A stretch of DNA of 10,679 nucleotides from a virus (lineage: Duplodnaviria > Heunggongvirae > Uroviricota > Caudoviricetes): the IMG/VR virus record IMGVR_UViG_2648501186_000016; one strand, 5' to 3'. Of the stretch, positions 5,650-10,679 are shown piece by piece; within the stretch, counting starts at the first letter, position 1; the number at the start of each line of letters is the position of its first letter. Both the position numbers and the translations under genes were made by a program. Under the pieces are notes generated by a model. It did no database searches and was not told the DNA's origin. It saw nothing but the letters and a program-made list of their open reading frames with translations.

Positions 5650-5714
5650 TATCGTTCTTAATTAACTGATTATTTATCTCATCACTGAATATCTTTATAT
5701 AGTGAGGACTTATT

Positions 5715-6539
5715 ATGTCTCAGAACTTAGACGCAACCGCAATTAATCAAATCCATGCCCTTATTTCTGCTCAGGGTGTTAATGAAATTATCAGTAAGAT
5801 TGGTGCCGATGCTGTGGCATTGCCTGAGAATTTCCGCATTCATGATCTGGAAAAATTTAATTTAAATCGCTTCCGTTTCCGTGGTGCGCTTTCCACTGCC
5901 AGCATCGATGACTTTACCCGTTATTCTAAAGATCTTGCAGATGAAGGCACCCGCTGCTTTATCGATGCTGATAATATGCGTGCCGTCAGTGTGCTTAACC
6001 TGGGTACTATTGATGAACCAGGTCACGCAGATAACACCGCCACTCTCAAACTGAAAAAGACAGCACCGTTCTCTGCTCTGTTGTCTGTTAATGGCGAGCG
6101 TAACTCCCAGAAATCACTGGCAGAATGGATTGAAGACTGGGCCGACTACCTTGTGGGCTTTGATGCTAATGGTGACACCATTCAGGCAACAAAAGCGGCT
6201 GCGGCGGTCCGTAAAATCACGATTGAAGCAAACCAGACCGCTGATTTTGAAGATAATGACTTCAGCGGCAAACGCTCCCTGATGGAGTCTGTCGAAGCGA
6301 AGACTAAAGACATTATGCCAGTGGCATTTGAATTTAAATGCGTTCCGTTTGAAGGCCTTAAAGAACGTCCGTTTAAATTACGCCTCAGCATTATCACTGG
6401 CGATCGTCCTGTACTGGTTCTGCGCATTATTCAGCTGGAAGCGGTGCAGGAAGAAATGGCTAACGAATTTCGTGATCTGCTTGTTGAGAAATTTAAAGAC
6501 AGCAAAGTAGAAACCTTTATTGGTACTTTCACCGCCTGA
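5715..6539 (+). CDS. yfdQ: YfdQ-like protein (DUF2303 family), 274 aa
   Basis: Clean 274-aa ORF, SD GTGAGGA before the ATG. The sequence and its position between the yfdP- and yfdR-like genes match my recollection of the CPS-53/KplE1 yfdPQR cluster. Confidence 0.8.
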   Translation: MSQNLDATAINQIHALISAQGVNEIISKIGADAVALPENFRIHDLEKFNLNRFRFRGALSTASIDDFTRYSKDLADEGTRCFIDADNMRAVSVLNLGTIDEPGHADNTATLKLKKTAPFSALLSVNGERNSQKSLAEWIEDWADYLVGFDANGDTIQATKAAAAVRKITIEANQTADFEDNDFSGKRSLMESVEAKTKDIMPVAFEFKCVPFEGLKERPFKLRLSIITGDRPVLVLRIIQLEAVQEEMANEFRDLLVEKFKDSKVETFIGTFTA

Positions 6540-6551
6540 TTTCATTACTGC

Positions 6552-6573
6552 AAATGCCCCTGCGGGGGCATTT
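6552..6573 (+). terminator. Stable hairpin after the yfdQ-like gene (weak terminator or RNA-stability element)
   Basis: AAATGCCCC-TGCG-GGGGCATTT: 9-bp stem, 4-nt loop, 13 nt after the stop. The U tract is short and partly within the stem, so it may only attenuate or stabilise. Confidence 0.4.
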
Positions 6574-6666
6574 ATGGAAACATAATTTACTCAATAATCG
6601 CCGGATGGTGATGGCTTCCTTTTACCAGAATTCAGCGCGGTGCAGCGCATATACGTGGAGAACGAA

Positions 6667-7203
6667 ATGTCATTTATTAAAACTTTTTCCGGGAAGCATT
6701 TTTATTATGACAAGATAAATAAAAATGACATCGTTATTAACGATATCGCGGTTTCCCTTTCAAATATCTGTCGCTTTGCTGGTCATCTTTCACACTTCTA
6801 CAGCGTTGCCCAACATGCGGTGCTTTGCAGCCAGCTGGTACCACAGGAATTTGCTTTTGAAGCGTTAATGCATGATGCAACAGAAGCGTATTGTCAAGAC
6901 ATCCCCGCGCCACTGAAACACATTCTTCCTGACTATAAACGGATGGAAGAAAAAATAGACGCCGTAATCCGTGAGAAATACGGGTTACCCCCGGTTATGA
7001 GCACGCCTGTGAAATATCCCGATCTCATCATGCTCGCAACCGAACGCCGTGATCTCGGGCTTGATGATGGCTCTTTCTGGCCTGTACTGGAAGGTATCCC
7101 GGCAACAGAGATGTTCAAAGTTATTCCACAGTCGCCAGGCCATGCCTACGGGATGTTTATGGAACGCTTTAACGAGTTATCGGAGTTACGCAAATGCGCA
7201 TGA
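6667..7203 (+). CDS. yfdR: YfdR-like HD-domain phosphohydrolase (5'-deoxynucleotidase family), 178 aa
   Basis: MSFIKTFSGKHFYYDKINK...SVAQHAVLCS...ALMHDATEAYCQDIP carries the H...HD metal-binding motif and is near-identical to my recollection of E. coli K-12 YfdR. I prefer ATG 6667 (GGAG 6 nt upstream) over the track's GTG 6640. Confidence 0.85.
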   Translation: MSFIKTFSGKHFYYDKINKNDIVINDIAVSLSNICRFAGHLSHFYSVAQHAVLCSQLVPQEFAFEALMHDATEAYCQDIPAPLKHILPDYKRMEEKIDAVIREKYGLPPVMSTPVKYPDLIMLATERRDLGLDDGSFWPVLEGIPATEMFKVIPQSPGHAYGMFMERFNELSELRKCA

Positions 7204-7237
7204 GTCTTTCAACTGCACAACCATTGGAGGGGTAGCA

Positions 7238-7432
7238 ATGAACAACTTAATGACAACTAAACAGGTCGCCGACTTCTGTGGTGTTTCAATATCAACAGTG
7301 CTTCGCTGGAACAGCATAAACCATAGAACAGGTAAGAAATATAGACCAGACTTTCCTGATCCTGATATAAAATCCTGTCCCAATAAATGGGCATCACACA
7401 AGATTTATAGGTTTGCGGGTATTATCGAATAA
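7238..7432 (+). CDS. AlpA/Xis-type small HTH DNA-binding protein (probable excisionase/RDF), 64 aa
   Basis: MNNLMTTKQVADFCGVSISTVLRWNS...RPDFPDPDIKSCPNKWASHKIYRF fits the AlpA/excisionase pattern (HTH, then FP.P, then a conserved W). SD GGAGGGG precedes ATG 7238. The longer track ORF (7049) overlaps the yfdR-like gene and is rejected. Confidence 0.7.
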   Translation: MNNLMTTKQVADFCGVSISTVLRWNSINHRTGKKYRPDFPDPDIKSCPNKWASHKIYRFAGIIE

Positions 7433-8102
7433 CATTTATTTGTTTCGATGTTAGCTGACACATCTATGGCACAGAGCAAAACCGAATATGATTGTCCACT
7501 CTGTGCTAGTAGAAAACATAGATATCAACTATCCGTACCAATCTATGAGTATAGAATAAATTAATCTGCTCGCAACTAATAGCCTCTAACAGCCAATACA
7601 GTGCCACCGATGATACAAAAAACAATACTCCAAAAAGCGTCTGGTATTGGATTGTCATTACTAGCTTCCGAGGTGAGATATGCATTAAGCCAGGTGCGCT
7701 GGAAAAGTTATGTTTCCCTAATGGAATTGCCCATGACTCAACATATTTTTTCTCTGTTGCTAGCGAATAGACCTAAAATGATAAGCACCATTAACATCAA
7801 CAGCGCCCCCTTGAGCTCTTCTTTTCGGTGAAAAGCCCATCATCAACGGCGCATTGCCTAACCCGAATTCTAGCCACCTTAGCCAGTATTTACCCCCTAG
7901 ATACCAAATGCTTACCCCTCTATTTGCTCTGATAATACTTTATTGCATAATCCCTCACTACATTAGACACTGCGTCAATCCTGCCTTCTATAGCTTGTTT
8001 TAACGCTTTCGGCACATTCCTCTGAACCAGCCCAAGATATGGCTGTTAAATTTTTACTTACATTCAAAAAAACTTTAACTTTTGCAATCAGATCATATGA
8101 TG

Positions 8103-8132
8103 TTGTTAATGGTAATATTCTGAATCTAAAAT
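8103..8132 (+). promoter_or_regulatory. Candidate sigma70 promoter for the cargo gene
   Basis: TTGTTA (8103-8108), 18-nt spacer, TAAAAT (8127-8132), about 30 nt upstream of ATG 8165. Spurious matches are easy in AT-rich sequence. Confidence 0.3.
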
Positions 8133-8164
8133 GACTTAAGAGTTCGTAGGTTAGAGGGACATGT

Positions 8165-9184
8165 ATGACTTCTGAAAGCAACAGAATTGGGAAGATGGGT
8201 GTAAACTACATAGAAGGTGTATTGACAAGATGGGGATGGGGATATCAATCAATTTCGCAAGAAAATGATGATGGGTTTGATGGCTTAATATATATAAGAT
8301 CTAAACGATTTGAGGCGAAAGATAAAGAAAACCGGAGTAAACAATCTTGGGAGTTCACTGGTGGGTTGATTCATGTACAAGTAAAAAGTGGAGATACATA
8401 CATTAGTAGTCGTAATAAAGATGAAATAAGGATCAAAATAAAAAACCTCAATGAAAAGAAGAAAATATGGTCTAGATCGTCTATTCCATGCATACTTGTA
8501 TTTGTTTTTTGGGATCATAATGAAGTTGAGTATTCCTACTGGGCTGATCTTAAATCTGAATTAACTTATTGTGATAACAGTAGTACGCTAATAAAAATCC
8601 CCTTAAAAAATAGATTTATGAGATCCCAAGAGTGTAAGGGGCCTTTAAGACGACTTGCAAGGGTATCGGCCAACTATGCAGATAAGCCGCTGATAGATTT
8701 ATCAAAATTTGACTCATTAAGTGGTAAGCTACCTACAAGTCTAAACAGTAACCTAAATTGTTCTTTGAAAAAGAAAGGTATTGAATTCTATCAGAAATGG
8801 CGATTAATTGGGGCTACAAACCCTTATTTTGGTCCTGTTCTAATAAACAGAACTGGTTGGAGTCATATAACTCGACGAAATCGCCCAATAGCAAGAATTG
8901 AAGCAAGCTTTAATTTGTTACCTTTAGCAGCAAGAATTATAAATGATGTATCTACATGGCGAATGTTAACACCCGTACGACGGTATGATAATAGAAAGGA
9001 TGGTTATGTTTGCTTTATAGATTTCGTTGGGTTAACAGCCAAAGTGAATTTAAAGAATCGCAACTCATCAGAAGTTATGGTTGTGTTAAAAAGGGAGAGG
9101 AGGTATAAACAGGGTGAAGACTGTTCCTCTGCGAAAACAAGATTATGGTTTTACACTGTTTATGAACCTGGAAGAGGAAAATAA
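8165..9184 (+). CDS. Cargo protein: N-terminal DUF4365-like PD-(D/E)xK nuclease-fold domain plus an unrecognised ~200-aa C-terminal domain
   Basis: 339-aa ORF with SD GAGGG 6 nt upstream. N-terminal motifs are GVNYIEGVL (E), NDDGFDGLIYI (D) and GLIHVQVKSG (QxK), followed by SIPCILVFVFWD...YSYWADL. This matches the DUF4365 pattern as I recall it. The gene is visibly much more AT-rich than its neighbours and sits between the xis-like gene and int. Confidence 0.75.
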   Translation: MTSESNRIGKMGVNYIEGVLTRWGWGYQSISQENDDGFDGLIYIRSKRFEAKDKENRSKQSWEFTGGLIHVQVKSGDTYISSRNKDEIRIKIKNLNEKKKIWSRSSIPCILVFVFWDHNEVEYSYWADLKSELTYCDNSSTLIKIPLKNRFMRSQECKGPLRRLARVSANYADKPLIDLSKFDSLSGKLPTSLNSNLNCSLKKKGIEFYQKWRLIGATNPYFGPVLINRTGWSHITRRNRPIARIEASFNLLPLAARIINDVSTWRMLTPVRRYDNRKDGYVCFIDFVGLTAKVNLKNRNSSEVMVVLKRERRYKQGEDCSSAKTRLWFYTVYEPGRGK

Positions 9185-9393
9185 ATTGAGGCGGTACAAT
9201 CGCGCTCAGGCTGTCCCAGACGTGATGCATAACACCACCGGTTCCAGAATTTAAGGATCTGGACCTTCAATTATGCGTGTACCGCCTTATGCAACAATAC
9301 TATAAAATTATTAAACGTCAAGATGTTCAATAAGATTTGGGCTTTCATGCCACAACACGAAAGTTCATTTTATAACGTCTAAAGCTTTCACAA

Positions 9394-9422
9394 TGTCCGC
9401 TTTTCGCAGCTCAAAGCGGACA
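9394..9422 (-). terminator. Hairpin downstream of int (possible terminator, no clear U tract)
   Basis: TGTCCGCTTT (9394-9403) / AAAGCGGACA (9413-9422): perfect 10-bp stem with a 9-nt loop, 34 nt past the int stop in a convergent intergenic region. Confidence 0.4.
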
Positions 9423-9455
9423 GTCATATTTGATTGTATTCTGGCTACTGGAGCC

Positions 9456-10679
9456 TCAGTTAGAGTCTGAGATAGTACAAGTAATGATCGATTCAACTCT
9501 CTCCCACCATGCCTGGTAGGCTTTACGCTGTTCTTCTAGATAATCGCTCTTATCATAAACTTGCCATACCCCTGGCAGTTTATGGCCGAGCATTATTTCT
9601 GCAATATGAGGCGCAGTAAGATCAGAAAAGTTTGTTCGTGCTGTTCGCCTCAAATCATGAAGAGACCAATGAGGGAATTGATACCCCAAACGCCGCCATG
9701 CGTACTGCATTAAATTGTAAGGCAGCGACTGCAATGATGTTCGTCCAACGGGTTCCCTGCTTCCTTCCTTAGTAAAAAGCATATCGGAACCATTGTTCAT
9801 AGAGATAACGTACTTTATAAGCTCTTCAACCGGTTCAATAATGGGGCGCTTTAGCGGTTCGCCTGTTATATCCCCTGTCTTATGTCGTTCTGGCGGTACA
9901 GTCCATACCTTATTAATGAAATCAAAATCATCCACCCTAGCGGTAATTAGCTCTGAACTACGGCAGCCAAAATGCAGCAATAGTTTAATGAAGGCCCGGT
10001 ATTTAGGAACCATTCGAGAACCATCGATCGCAGCATAAAGGATTTTAATTTCATCATGTGTCAGAAACCGTTTCTTCTGACCTTTACGGATATCCATATC
10101 TTTACCCGTGATATCCGACAGCGGGCGGGTTTCAATGAGCTTTCTCTTATAGGCCCAGACATGGGCCTGCTTTGCGTTAATTAGCAATCGGTCTGCTATT
10201 GCTGGAGTCTTAGTGCTAAGAGGCTCTAAGACTTCTAACCAATCATGCAATGTAGCTGCATCGTGAGGGATACTCCCGATTTTAGAGAACAGGTGCAGCT
10301 CAAACGAGCGGAGTATCTGTTCAGAACCTTTTTTATTTTTTACACAATATGCTTCATACCAGGCACGGATCACAGACTCTACCGTCATGGCTTCAGTAGC
10401 TTTTCGTTTTTCAGCCTGCTTGACCAATCGTGGATTACGGTTTGACTCGAGTTCACCACGAAGACGGAGAACTTCTTCTCTGGCCTCTTTTAATCCAGTT
10501 GCCGGGTAAGTTCCGATATCAAGACGCTCACCTTTCCCTGCCCATTGATAACGATATTGGAACACTACGCGACCTTTCGGTGATACTCTGACAGACAGAC
10601 CATCACGATCGGATTTAACCAAAACCTTATCACGTTCCTTTCCAACGACTGAACGCAACCACGCATCAGACAGCGCCAT
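9456..10679 (-). CDS. int: Tyrosine recombinase/integrase, P4/CP4-57 family (DUF4102 N-terminal arm-binding domain)
   Basis: 407 aa. N-terminus: MALSDAWLRSV...DGLSVRVSPKGRVVFQYRYQWAGKGERLDIGTYPATGLKEAREE. Catalytic motifs: HFGCRSSEL (Arg), WSLHDLRRTART (H-x-x-R), MLGHK...VYDKSDY (His, Tyr). The ATG is the last codon of the window, so attachment-site or tRNA sequence would lie beyond base 10679. Confidence 0.95.
   Translation of the reverse strand: MALSDAWLRSVVGKERDKVLVKSDRDGLSVRVSPKGRVVFQYRYQWAGKGERLDIGTYPATGLKEAREEVLRLRGELESNRNPRLVKQAEKRKATEAMTVESVIRAWYEAYCVKNKKGSEQILRSFELHLFSKIGSIPHDAATLHDWLEVLEPLSTKTPAIADRLLINAKQAHVWAYKRKLIETRPLSDITGKDMDIRKGQKKRFLTHDEIKILYAAIDGSRMVPKYRAFIKLLLHFGCRSSELITARVDDFDFINKVWTVPPERHKTGDITGEPLKRPIIEPVEELIKYVISMNNGSDMLFTKEGSREPVGRTSLQSLPYNLMQYAWRRLGYQFPHWSLHDLRRTARTNFSDLTAPHIAEIMLGHKLPGVWQVYDKSDYLEEQRKAYQAWWERVESIITCTISDSN

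Noticed and set aside
6640-6666. GTG 6640 start for the yfdR-like gene
   Set aside because: ATG 6667 has GGAG at optimal spacing and reproduces the MSFIKTF N-terminus I recall for YfdR.
7049-7237. Long form of the xis-like ORF (7049-7432, 127 aa)
   Set aside because: The upstream 63 codons overlap the yfdR-like gene in another frame. A strong SD (GGAGGGG) and ATG at 7238 give a typical 64-aa AlpA/Xis-size protein.
6091-7401. ORFs 6091-6282 (+), 6182-6427 (-), 6328-6510 (+), 6933-7118 (-), 7186-7401 (-)
   Set aside because: They are nested in or antisense to the yfdQ-, yfdR- and xis-like genes and are most likely shadow ORFs.
7466-7831. Plus-strand small ORFs: 32 aa at 7466-7564 (contains CPLC) and 76 aa at 7601-7831 (GTG start)
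   Set aside because: Neither has an SD. A single CxxC is insufficient for a zinc-finger call, and the 76-aa ORF has an unconvincing composition. I kept them only as context for the AT-rich spacer finding.
7975-8518. Minus-strand ORFs 7975-8181 and 8285-8518
   Set aside because: One overlaps the cargo gene's promoter and start, and the other is antisense inside the cargo gene. AT-rich DNA gives long Lys/Phe/Ile-rich shadow frames.
9793-10445. Plus-strand ORFs 9793-10038 and 10245-10445
   Set aside because: They are antisense within the integrase gene, whose catalytic motifs are unambiguous.
1-10679. CRISPR arrays, tRNA/rRNA genes, IS elements with terminal inverted repeats, and att core repeats
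   Set aside because: I saw no regularly spaced repeat-spacer structure, no cloverleaf-like segment and no transposase ORF. The attachment site and target tRNA expected next to a P4-family integrase would lie beyond base 10679, outside the window.

Overview
The window looks like the integrase-proximal arm and immunity region of a lambdoid, KplE1/CPS-53-like prophage of E. coli/Shigella type, and it appears defective. Reading right to left: a P4/CP4-57-family tyrosine integrase (9456-10679, minus; its ATG is the last three bases of the window). Next comes a visibly AT-rich cargo block (7433-9184) holding one 339-aa gene with a DUF4365-like PD-(D/E)xK nuclease head. Then an AlpA/Xis-type small HTH gene (7238-7432), and the yfdP-yfdQ-yfdR-like early-left module (5287-7203, plus). 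Upstream of that module lies a ~600-nt ORF-free structured leader that ends in a DicF-like sRNA/terminator (about 5087-5150). The immunity switch has an SOS-cleavable cI-like repressor (3892-4584, plus) flanked on both sides by TTGC-N7-GCAA operator-like sites, divergent from a cro-like gene (3534-3794, minus). The minus-strand early-right operon is tightly translationally coupled: cro-like, CII/CP76-like, a 383-aa ORF (unknown 202-aa N-terminal region fused in frame to a complete Rha module), a 74-aa ORF, then a chimeric ORF joining a replication-initiator N-terminus with in-gene iterons to the C-terminal half of RusA. That junction looks like a deletion scar that removed the helicase-loader and nin genes. 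The operon ends with a KilA-N/KilAC antirepressor-like gene that runs off the left edge (1-777, missing from the supplied track). I saw no tRNA, rRNA, CRISPR array or IS element. The candidates most worth follow-up are the cargo nuclease gene, the unexplained ~400 nt of leader upstream of the DicF-like element, and the odd 383-aa fusion ORF with an internal hairpin/terminator cascade. All homology statements come from my reading and recall of motifs, not from database searches.
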